Assembly (NCBI GenBank): GCA_951406725.2
Contig: OX597819.1
Coordinates: 57,660,001-57,724,000 of the forward strand
Length of the DNA stretch: 64,000 bases
Origin: Octopus vulgaris
Lineage: Eukaryota
Reading direction: 5' to 3'
The notes under the pieces were generated by a model. It saw nothing but the letters and a program-made list of their open reading frames with translations, ran no database searches and was not told the origin of the DNA. Shown piece by piece: positions 12,124 to 24,579 of the stretch (position 1 is its first letter; every line of letters starts with the position of its first letter). A program made the position numbers and the translations under genes.

Positions 12124-12600
12124 TTATTTACATTATTTACATTCGACGGATATTTGTCCTCATCTTGTTTGTTGTTAACACAACGTTTCGGTTGTTTCAC
12201 CCTCCAGCCTTCTTCGGGTATTTTGGGGAAATTTCCAACCCGGTTTCTCATTCCTAAGGTATTCTTCGATGATATTATAATTATAATTATTATTGTTCAG
12301 GTCACTGCTTGGAATCGAACTCTGAATCTTGGGGTTAGTACCCCGCGCTCTAAACCACTACGCCATATGCCCATGGGCATATTACCTGAACAATAATAAT
12401 TATAATAATAATGATAATAATAATAATAATAATATCGAAGAATACCTTAGGAATAAGAACGCGAGTTCGAAATTTCCTCAAGACACCTGAAGAAGGTTGG
12501 AGGGTATATCAGCCGAAACTTTGTGTTAAGAACAAACAAGATGAGGACAAATATCCCTCGAATGTAAATAATATAAATAATGTAAATAATTTACATAATT
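12124..12600. mobile_element. Palindromic Penelope-like repeat: inverted arms each with a minimal hammerhead motif, spacer with a tRNA-like head
   Basis: ~12124-12292 is the reverse complement of ~12400-12590. The spacer 12300-12370 on the minus strand has TGGCGTAGTGG..GAGTTCGATTCC boxes. Confidence 0.75.
12482..12527 (+). ncRNA. Minimal type I hammerhead ribozyme motif (this copy mutated at G16.2)
   Basis: GACAC CTGAAGA A GGTTG-10nt-CAGCC GAAAC TTT GTGTT. The opposite arm (12177-12222, minus) retains GAAAC GTT but has CCGAAGA. Confidence 0.65.
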
Positions 12601-12902
12601 CCTCAACTCTTAAATGTATAACTGTACCAATTGACACTTGTTATGACATGTTCATCACGGTATGGAAATGTAAAAGTGTGTGAACATCTAGCTGTCGAGA
12701 CAAGTACTTTCTGAAGATTTCAGAAAATTAACGCGTGCATAAGCAGATATATCTGCACATACATATATACATACACATGTATACATACATATGTGTGTGT
12801 GAGTGAGGGTATGTGTATATGTGTGTGTATCAGTGTGTATGTGTGTCTGTGTGGTGATAATATATACACAAACACATATATAGGATATATATAGAGAGAG
12901 CG

Positions 12903-12916
12903 AGACAGACAGACAA

Positions 12917-13002
<86 letters not shown>

Positions 13003-13082
13003 TGACAGACAGGTAGGCAGGCAGGCAGGCAGACAGACAGACAGGCAGACAGACAGACAGACAGACAGACAGATAGATAGAT

Positions 13083-13160
<78 letters not shown>
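12903..13160. repeat. (GACA)n/(GATA)n compound microsatellite
   Basis: Read directly. Confidence 0.95.
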
Positions 13161-13654
13161 GTTCTTACATACTAAAAAGATACCTATAAACATGAAGATT
13201 ATGATTTTAAAACATTGATATATCAATTCACAGCAGAGAAAGAATTCAGTCTTGCATCAGAAAGATATTTCTTGGTATATATGTATTTTTTTTTATTTCT
13301 TTAGCATGTAAAAACTCTATAAAAATAATGGAAGTCAAAGTTTACCGACCACCCTTTCGAGAGGGATATAAATTTCCGATATTAAACAAAAGATATTTTC
13401 CGTAATTTCTAGTGACTATGTGCGTATGTCTAGGCTGAAAGTTGTCAGAACAGTAGAACGTCGAACTAAATGATTTATATTTATCTGTCCTTTATTCAAG
13501 AAGTAGTTGAAACTTTTGCCTCTGGTAACTGCTTTCAATGCTGCATTGTCTTGTATATATTATGTAAGTTAGACTTCTATACATTAGTGTTATTGCCATC
13601 AGAAATATCACATTATATCTATGTATCTCTCTATCGCCCTCTCACACACACTTA

Positions 13655-13710
<56 letters not shown>

Positions 13711-14247
13711 AATATATATCTTTGTGCATGTATGTGTAAACGACGGTATAATATTTACGTACACAGAGAAATAATTTGTAAGAGATAAAATATGATACTA
13801 CTAAACAGAATCAGGTTTACCCTAGACGCATATCGAGAAATAGAATCGACCGTCGAAGAAAAAATACAAGAATCACTGGTCCATTTCAATTTTTTTCTTC
13901 GCTACTGATGTTTCCAAAACTCACTCATTGTCTCCGCCAATACGTCATAGTCTGCAGAGGAATAATCTGCCTGATTTCATAATTTGAATTCTTCTACAAC
14001 AGTCGGCTGCCTGTGCACAATGAAAAATTACTTCAATAACATCAATATCCCCTGACATCATGAACAGTGACTGTTGAACGAATTATTCAGAATAAATAAA
14101 GCATTTTACAGTCGAGCGTGTGTCTAATTTGCAAAATTAACTTATATATAATAGTTGTAAAATGTTTGGCATAGCATGTAAATAGGTATTTACGTAATCA
14201 GACTGACAGACACACACCTACATATACGTAGATATAAATACGTATAC

Positions 14248-14249
<2 letters not shown>

Positions 14250-14280
<31 letters not shown>

Positions 14281-14394
14281 TGTATGTATGTATGTATGTA
14301 TGTATGTATGTATGTATGTATGTATGTATGTATGTATATATATGTATATATATATATATATATATGTATGTGTTTATGTATGTATGTATGTATG

Positions 14395-14445
<51 letters not shown>

Positions 14446-14466
14446 ATATATATATGTATATATATA

Positions 14467-14498
<32 letters not shown>

Positions 14499-14560
14499 CA
14501 AACTTACATACATACAAATATATAAATATACATACATACATATATTCATACTAATATATA
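14250..14560. repeat. (TATG)n/(TA)n microsatellite
   Basis: Read directly. Confidence 0.95.
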
Positions 14561-14592
14561 TATATAAAACATTTAATGATGCTATATATATA

Positions 14593-14949
14593 TCTATATA
14601 TATATATCATAAATAAAATCTGTTCAGTTTGTCTGTATGTGTATCTTCTAGAATCTCGGGCATTCTACATCCTTTTGCGCTCAAATTTGAGATGTAGATA
14701 CCGACGGTATCAGGGCGTGTTCAAGTCTTGAAAAAAGTACAAAAATTGATTCCAGGTGAGAATGCAATGGATAAAGCCGTAGGAACGTGCATTTTGCGCA
14801 AAATAAAGGCCTCTTTGGTGTCTCAAATTTAGATTAAATCAGTGTTTCCCAAAGGGGAGGCCTATGGGACGGTCGGACAAGTTGTTTTGAGAAAATTTGG
14901 TTTAAATGTTTGACAACTCAGCAACGTCCATTGCACGAGGGGCGTTTTG

Positions 14950-14953
<4 letters not shown>
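14593..14953 (+). mobile_element. Non-autonomous Helitron-like element
   Basis: Starts TC-TATATA..AAAAT..TGTCTGTATGT and ends with a GC-rich GCAACGTCC..GGGGCGTTTTG hairpin then CTAA (CTRR); embedded in AT-rich context. Confidence 0.55.
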
Positions 14954-15030
<77 letters not shown>

Positions 15031-15431
15031 AAAATGATGCCAAATGTGGAACAAAGACAAAAAAAAAAGATTAAGTTGCCATTTCGCCTACATTGGCCTC
15101 ATTTCTGTTATATTCGGCGCCGGCTACCTTTATTAAAGTTTCTACAGTCAAAGAGAGCAGAAATCTTAGCTTTCTTACTTTTGTTTTCTTTCTTCTCATT
15201 GCACTTTTGCATAAACCTTGGTTTTTTGGGGTTTTTTTGCTTCCGTTTTTTTTTCTCCTCATGGTATGTCATAGTCCTGTTTTTCTTGATATGAAAATAC
15301 AGCTAGCGTATGATCTGAGCCGGAAAGATTGAGCCGAGAAACATGACATGTTATATACATATAACATGTCAATTATATGTATCTTAAAACATGAAACTAA
15401 TTATATATATATATATATTAATATGTAAATA

Positions 15432-15484
<53 letters not shown>

Positions 15485-15487
<3 letters not shown>

Positions 15488-15635
15488 GACGGGGTGTTCT
15501 TTCAGTTTCTGTCTGCCAAGTTCATTCAGAAGGATTTGGTCGGGATTGAGTAGAAGGCACTTACCCAAAGTGCCACGCAGTAGAACTGAACTCAGAACCA
15601 TGTTGTTTGGAAGTAGGCTTCGTACCACAGAGCCA
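15485..15635 (-). mobile_element. 5' half of a family A SINE
   Basis: TGGCTCTGTGGT..GAGTTCAGTTCT..ACTTTGGGTAAGTGCCTTCTAC..GAAACTGAAAGAACACCCCGTCG. Confidence 0.8.
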
Positions 15636-15752
15636 TATATTTGAACTGTAAACAATATATATACGTATGTGTGTGGGTGTGTGTTAAATAAATTGAGACA
15701 ACAAATCCAAAGCTGTGTTGAATTTTCAGGGCATTTATAAAGATAAGGTTAA

Positions 15753-15798
15753 TCTTACAGCTGTTTCTGGGATGTTAGGGATATCCCTTCATCAGAGA
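15753..15798 (-). ncRNA. Minimal type I hammerhead ribozyme motif
   Basis: Minus strand: TCT CTGATGA A GGGAT-9nt-ATCCC A GAAAC AGCT GTA AGA. Core intact, palindromic stem III (ACAGCTGT), GUA cleavage triplet. Confidence 0.75.
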
Positions 15799-16625
15799 CG
15801 ATGTGAGAGAGTTAAATAGAAGGAAATAGTAGAGTTCAATATAAAGAGTTCTGTTGGAAAAAGGTAGAAATAAGAAGTATAAGGGGATATTAAAGAGAAT
15901 CAAAATAAAAGTAAAAATATATGTAGGATGCTAGATTTGCAGTTCCATTATCCAATGAAAGTGGTGAGTAGAAATGGTAGAAATGTTTGTTGTCCGTGAT
16001 ATGTAAATTCCGGTAGGCGTTCGTATTTTGTTATTACAAATGGAAAGTATGGAGACATAGATTCCACGTGCTGTTCTTTCAAATGTGTCTCGTGATGTGA
16101 ATGAAATTTTGTGAACGTAGTGGTAGTATTTAGTAGATAGAGAGAAGAGAAGAGATATGTATGTGAAAATGAGGAGAATGTGCAAAAGGAATAGGTGAGG
16201 AAAGAAGAAAAAAATAAAGAATGAAAAAGGAAAATAAAATAAAAAAAGGGAAATATTTATATATACATGCATATATATATACTTATACATGTACGCACAC
16301 GCAAACAATATTCATCACAAGTGACCAACGAAGGGGAACATGAAACTCATAGTAATAGTTTTCTGAAAGTTTTGCAAAAAGTACATTGCTCTACCTTAAG
16401 TATTCGAGTACTATTTTCTCCACCTTGTTTTGCATTGATGCGCTTACTCATGTATATGTTTGCATGACAATTGGAATGACAAAAGGATAAAAAATTATAT
16501 CATGAATTTCATTAGCTTACTGCTAATGTACACAACTAGTATGTTAAATTCTAACATGTCATTAGTATTACTATATCTCAGCGAAATAATAATAATAATA
16601 ATAATTATTATTATTATTATTATTA

Positions 16626-16722
16626 TTTCTTTACTACCCACAAGGGGCTAAACATAGAGGGGATAAACAAGGACAGACAAAGGGATTAAGTCGATTATAT
16701 CGACCCCAGTGCGTAACTGGTA
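16626..16722 (-). mobile_element. 3' tail fragment of a family C SINE, next to (ATT)n
   Basis: GTACCAGTTACGCACTGGGGTCGATATAATCGACTTAATCC..GCCCCTTGTGGGTAGTAAAGAAA. Confidence 0.85.
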
Positions 16723-17506
16723 CATACACATGAACTCATATACACACGTACAATCACACATCATCATCACCATTATAAGATCAGTGACGTATTGATTGGC
16801 ATGTTTGAAAAATCTACGCGATGACGTCATTACTTACACAGAACAACATAATATAAATAATAACAGATAATGCATTCAACGTTATTTCTCCTGCTCCCAG
16901 CAATCTTCCACTGCACTTTTGGTTCTCTACATTTGAAAAGTAAGTTTTACTAATTCTCAGAACCTATGTGCATGCATAATAAGACCTGGTTTAATATTTT
17001 TTTTTCAGAATTTGTATAGTATTTCAATTAGCTGAATTGAAATAAAATGAAGTTGAATAGACAAATTACAGTGACTCGAATGAACACGTCTTTGGTACTT
17101 ATCAGGGACGTCACTGAATTTAATTCTTTATCCGTGGACTCAGTAATGGAATTTTCAGTGCTTTTAGTGTTATACTTAATGAAGAAGTTGCTATATAACA
17201 GCTGAACAAAGAACGACAACCCATTATTTGCTGTTTTATTGTAAAAACTACACTAGTGACAATACACAGAATGTAAGAGAAAGGAGTTTTTTTAATGACT
17301 TTTTCACTTAATATTAAATTGAATTCTTATTTTAAGCTCTGTGTTTACGTGAACGTATGCATGCACGAATGTCTACGTGTGACTGTGTGTATGTTTTTCG
17401 GGAAAGGAGTTTTAGTGGTCCATGTTGAACACGAAATCGGTTGAAAAAAACTGAAAGCCGTTGGCTTGGCGATATGTGACAGTTGAATATTATGAATATT
17501 TACTGG

Positions 17507-17887
17507 CGGAGGAGTGACTGTGTGGTAATTAGCTTGATTACCAACAATGGTTCCGGGTTCAGTCCACATCTACTATAGCCTCGGGCCGACCAAAGCCTTG
17601 TGAGTGGATTTGGTAGACGGAAACTGAAAGAAGCCCGTCGTATATATGTATATGCATATATATGTATATGTGTGTTTGTGTGTCTGTGTTTGTCCCCCCC
17701 CCAACATCACTTAACAACCGATGCTGGTGTGTTTATGTCCCCGTAACTTAGCGGTTCGGCAAAAGAGACAGATAGATTAAGTACTAGGCTTACAAAGAAT
17801 AAGTCTTGGAGTCGATTTGCTCGACTAAAGGCGGTGCTACAGCATGGCCGCAGTCAAATGACTGAAACAAGTAAAAGAGTAAAGAGT
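17507..17887 (+). mobile_element. Family A tRNA-derived SINE (internal deletion)
   Basis: Homologous to 4241-4630; ends GTAAAAGAGTAAAGAG. Confidence 0.88.
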
Positions 17888-19302
17888 ATGGATTTTAAGG
17901 TGTTTTGCAATTGCGATGTGGGTCAATTTATCTCGCTAATTGTTAACGTCACACATGGATAACTCTTCTATAAATCACAGAGTAGGCGATAATCGTTTCT
18001 AAAACATAGGGATGTGGAAAAGGTTGAAACCTCTAATCAAAAAGCATGAAATAACGGGGACATATTATGAAATGAATCGTACGCGGTTCCCAATACAGCC
18101 CATGTACGAAACAGAAATTCCTCAAAATTGCAACAACCATTCTCATGCTATCATCCGTAAGTGGCAAAGCCATGCTAACATTCTAAAAGTTGAACACATT
18201 GCTCGAACAAGTAAAGTTCTTCAATACCAAACTCTTAATTGCATATGTACTTCGCATACTAGAACAGTACAACACATACCTATGAAAGTTCAGTTTCAGA
18301 ACAAGCTTACTAATGGCAGCGCAACTTTCTGATTCCTACACTTGTTGTACCAGCTGAGAGTATAGTTACGACGTCAGTGAATTGGTAAGCTTTATATATT
18401 AGCAGACTTGGTATATTTCTTACCAGCATCTTTTTTTTTCTTTACTTTATATCCAATCAGCCTAAACATACTTCAGGTGTATCCTGAACAATATGGCTTC
18501 GGAAAGTACCTGTGAGTTTTGAGGAGTTTAACGTTCAGATGACTTTAAGAGTTATCTTGAATAGAGAAAATATACAAGAACAGCACATCAACGTAGGATA
18601 ATTTCGTCCTGAATATATTGATAGAACGTTAAAATGAATTTGGATGGTCACAGCTGGTATGTTTTTTTTTTATAAATATGCTTGCTTCTCGTAGATTGAA
18701 CCTGAAACTACGCAGAGAGTCATCTATAAAATGGTCATCTATAAAAATAATGTGTTATTAAATATTCATTCAATGTTTAACAACGACATTCATTCAATGT
18801 TCTTGAAGCTAGGTAGACGTTTAAATATAAACATACATATATCTATGTATATAAACGTATGTATGTATACATACATATATGCATGTGTGCGTATGTGCGT
18901 ATCTACACCTATGTATATACGCAGAGACAGACCTACGCACAGATATATATATATATAGTAGAAATATGATACAAAAAGAAAATATAAAATACACTTGGAA
19001 ATGTAAGGGTAAAATATGAAAAAATCAACGAAAATGCATATTGCAAATAGAAAAAGGCTATTTATGACAGGTAGTGACAAATATATACATTTAGATTGAC
19101 TGAGGTAGTAATACGAGTCATAAAGGTCATTATTATGAGATGATTATAAGATGATAATAAAGTAAGAGAACAAAACGAAACGATGTTTTACGCAAAGACT
19201 ATTCATCGTTTGAACAACACCGGTTAATATACGGTGTCAGGTTTAATAGTTCCTGAGAAAAAAGATTATTTGTAAGGGAGGTAAGTAGTTCTTACCTTAT
19301 CT

Positions 19303-19559
<257 letters not shown>

Positions 19560-20020
19560 TAAGTTTCTTTATTGGCCACACAAGGCTGCACACAGATGGG
19601 ACAAGTTACAAGGTAGATCTTTTCTTTTGGGGGATGAAAAAAACAAAAAACAAAAGAAACAAAAAAAGGGGGGGCGTAGGTTTTCGATCAAGAGGGATCG
19701 TAAAAGGGAAGAAAAGAAAAAAAAATTAAATAAAATAAATAAAAGAAAAAATTTAAAAAAAAGAAAAGGAAAAGGAACAAAAGAAAAGAGAAATGAAAAA
19801 AGAAGAAAAAAGGGGAAAAAAAGGGGAAGAGGAAATAAAAAACGATCAATAGGGATCGTGTATCACAGTGTTATGATATATGGTGTAAAGGGGAAAGCAA
19901 GTAAGGTTTATCTGTGGGAAGAAAAGCCTACGAAAAAGACCACGGTAATCTTGGTCAATATTGTTATATGTTACCACATTTGTTTGCAAGTGGGTAACCC
20001 TCTGTTTTCAATTTCTGAAA
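19560..20020 (-). mobile_element. 5'-truncated (3'-UTR only) copy of a Tx1/L1-like LINE inserted in (GATA)n
   Basis: Colinear homology to 24268-24530 (TTTCTTTATTGGCCACACAAGGCTG, GGGATCGTGTATCACAG, GTGGGAAGAAAAGCCTAC..ACCACGG); (GATA)n on both sides. Confidence 0.85.
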
Positions 20021-20031
20021 GATAGATAGAT

Positions 20032-20118
<87 letters not shown>

Positions 20119-20145
20119 CATAGATAGATAGATAGATAGATACAT

Positions 20146-20193
<48 letters not shown>
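20020..20193. repeat. (GATA)n/(GA)n microsatellite
   Basis: Read directly. Confidence 0.95.
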
Positions 20194-20197
<4 letters not shown>

Positions 20198-20299
20198 TAC
20201 ATAAATTATTCAACTACCGTAGTAGATGAATAATATCTTTACTCACATGTAACATCTTCCAGAGCTTGTCGGTAATTCAGTTCTTAACCAAGTTGAAAA

Positions 20300-21108
20300 G
20301 TGTTAACATTGTTGAAGACGGCTGGTCCTTAGTTACGTTTTGGCATAAAATTGAGGTTTGATCCTGTTGCAGAAAGTTTACATCAAAATCTGTAGCAACG
20401 TTATAGGAGAGTGAGAAAGGCCACCAATCAAGTTTAGATCTAAATAACTGATGTATCTTAGCTTCAACGATAGAAGAATGCATGAAGAATTTCATAGTTT
20501 TGTTTCCATGCAACAAGAATTTGTATTAAAAAAGTTGTGAGGTAAAATATTATGAAAAAATATGTAAGTTTGGTGGGATATGAAAGGTTTAGTCCACGTT
20601 GAACTTTTAAACCCAAACCAAACAATAACACCAGGAGATCTACTGCGACCAGCCTGAGCAGCTCAAGTCAGCTCTAAAAGAAAAACGACTATTTTTGATT
20701 TCAAGACGAAAAGTGTTCTTCCATCAGGATAATGCTCGGCCACATACAGCGAGAATGACATTCCAAAGGCTGGAGCAATTTGAACGGGAAACGATGCGCT
20801 ACCCACCATATAAACCGGGCATTGGCCCATCTGATTAACATTTAATCCGCAGACTACAAAATCATTTGGACAGAAAAAATATGAAATTTGTAGACAAGGT
20901 CAGAACAGTACTGGAGGGGTATATTTCGTCGTGGACAAGTGAACTTTGAAAGAGGTGGAGCCTCGCAAGTGTACTAGATTGATGGAAGAGCATTGTAGAA
21001 AATGAAGGAGAATATATTTTAGATTGAACAAGAAATTTGTTTATCTTAATTTTGAACAATAAAAGAAGTAGTATAAAATACAGCATTACATATGGGACGA
21101 CTCAATGT
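20300..21108 (+). mobile_element. Decayed mariner-like transposon
   Basis: Plus-strand translation near 20714-20850: VFFHQDNARPHTARMTFQRLEQFERETMRYPPYKPGIGPSD*HL. The left boundary is uncertain. Confidence 0.75.
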
Positions 21109-21156
21109 GTTTTATATATGTATGTGCGTGTGTGTGTCCGTATATATGTATATATG

Positions 21157-21196
<40 letters not shown>

Positions 21197-21912
21197 CGTG
21201 TTTGCGCGCGCACGCGTGTATGTGTAGACAGTAAAAGAGAGAGAGAGAGAGTGAATGAGATAAACAAAGAGACAATCAGGTATCTCTGCGCACTCATAAA
21301 TATGTAACATTTGAATGTATGCATATACTTGAAGATATCTCATCATATGTCTATGTTTGTGCAAATGCTTCTTTATCTCTCTGAGCTACTGAAACAGAAG
21401 CAGTAGTAAGAGAAATGTAGGATGATGTCTATTTTCTAAGAGGGTGAATAAAACCTACCAAAAAACTCTTCAAGTATCTCGATAGAGAACACCAGAAAGC
21501 ATATAAGTTTTAGAATCTTATTTCGAAGGAAATCGATAATTATGCAAGATATTCTGATGGCAAAGATAAAATCAATATTTCATTACTATATATATCGCAA
21601 CCCCGCGGGTTACTCAACTATTCAATCGAATATTAACCATTCCAATACTTTTGGAAACATCTGTTTTCTGCTATTTTGAGTGTTTTTGTTTTTGATCGTC
21701 TGTTTGGCTAAATATTCTGAACTTTGGTTTAGATGTAAAGCTAGTTCACTAACACACCCCTCACGTTCTCACATAGACAAACACACGCACACACATAAAT
21801 ATTCACACACCATATGCTTACACGCATATATACATATACATATGTATGTATATATATATAAATGCATATATATGTATATATATATATATATATTTCTATG
21901 TATATATTTATA

Positions 21913-21967
<55 letters not shown>

Positions 21968-22002
21968 TACATAATGCATACATATGTGTGTGTGTTTATG
22001 TG

Positions 22003-22057
<55 letters not shown>

Positions 22058-22061
<4 letters not shown>

Positions 22062-22250
22062 AGAATTCACGAAAAAAAAACAAAGACGAAGACAGGTGGT
22101 GTAGAAAACAAACAGCTGTATTAGTATAACACTCGGGAATTGAAAAAGTCTTTAAAGTTTCAAGCCTACGCTCTTCCACAGAAAGGAACTCAGAAAGAAA
22201 CAAGGAAAGAAACAAGGAGAGAATAAAATGTGGGTAGTGGCTACCAATCT
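22058..22250 (-). mobile_element. Penelope-like terminal repeat fragment with a variant hammerhead motif (22150-22185)
   Basis: Homologous to 56516-56730 and 10251-10370. Minus strand: CTTT CTGTGGA A GAGC-GTAG-GCTT GAAAC TTT AAAG. Confidence 0.6.
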
Positions 22251-22759
22251 ATTATATATATATTAATAAAATAGATTTAGATACATTCATACATTCATAG
22301 AGTATATATGATATTTTATTATTACGGTTTATATGTAGGTTTACAATTTGCATCATACGTATATATACGCAGTTACACGTGCGCAAATCACATATGCGTA
22401 CTTTAACATGTAGAAAGCATATGCTTGCACCTACATACATAAATATATATATATATATATCTACGCATACGTGTGTTTGAGTATGCGTGTGACTGTGTAG
22501 CCGGTGATTGTCTGTGTATACTTCTGTGTATGTCTGTGTATATATGTGAGTCAGTGTCTTGTATATAACCACTTGTTTTTGTTATAAAATCGACAGCATT
22601 CCTTTGGTGTACTGTAAGATTAATAGAGTAAATACATGCACATCTACAAATATACGCATACAGATGTAAATGATTTCATTTGCTTATACTACATATATCG
22701 CAGAAGGGCAAGTATTTTAATTATTACCTTGTATTATATATAAACCAGAAGCATAATCT

Positions 22760-23262
<503 letters not shown>

Positions 23263-23998
23263 ATACATAGGCAGGTGTATCTGTATGTGTGTGTGTGTGT
23301 AAATATTTATTTGTACGTATGCGTCCATATATTATGCTTACATATATTCTTTATATCCACATGTTGCAATAATTGCAAAATATAGGAATCAAGTGTAAAC
23401 AAATATTTATAGACTAACGATACCTCGTTGGTATCTTTATTACTTCAGAGCGGGATTTAAACTCTATGAACATTTATATTGGAATATTATTGTTGGGAAT
23501 ACCTCGAGAAACAGTCTATTGAAAGTGATAAAATTAGATTGGCCAATAGATAAAAACTTTTAATATTTAGGAAGTGATTTATTATCACTTATAGAATTAT
23601 GCAGCTGCTTCTTGTTAGCTCCTTGGGGAAGGTAGGAGCGATGTTTCATGATATAAGGTTGTCCCTTAAAGTTTTTATCGTCGTTTAATGTAAGTGAAAA
23701 TTTTGAGATAAATATAATGGAACGTTGTACTAAGTGTGAAGAATTGAGACGGTATCTCCAGTTTTTCTAAGATCCAACATATAATGTAAAGAATTCCTCT
23801 TGCGTTATCTCAAGAAATCACAGCACCCAGCAACAAACCATACCCATGTTCTTATAGTTTACGTAACATTAGTATCACAATACACAGTATGCATATGTGA
23901 GGAGGAAAAGCCTCAAATATGAAGGATTGTCTTATTTCCTTTTCTGATTTTTTTAATTCATATTAATTTGTTTTATAAAATACATGAATTTATATATA

Positions 23999-24267
<269 letters not shown>

Positions 24268-24579
24268 TAACTTTCTTTTATTAGCCACACAGGGCTGAAT
24301 ACAGAGGAGACAAATACAAATGTAGAGCTTTTCTTTTTTGAGGGTGGAAAAAAGGAAATAAATGTAAGATTGCGATCAAAAGGGATCGAGAGGAAAAAAA
24401 AAAAAGGAAAGAAATCGTGTATCACAGAAACATTGATAAAAATATTGATAAAACAAGATTGGGTTCATCCGTGGGAAGAAAAGCCTACAGAAAAAACCAC
24501 GGGAACCTCAGTCAGGGAGGAAATAACCACATGAGAGCAAAATGCTCTCTCTCTTTCTTTTTTACGATTTGCAGGGTCA

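Noticed and set aside
18012-18390. 106-aa ORF and nearby GTAAGC donor
   Set aside because: No recognisable domain and no consistent exon structure.
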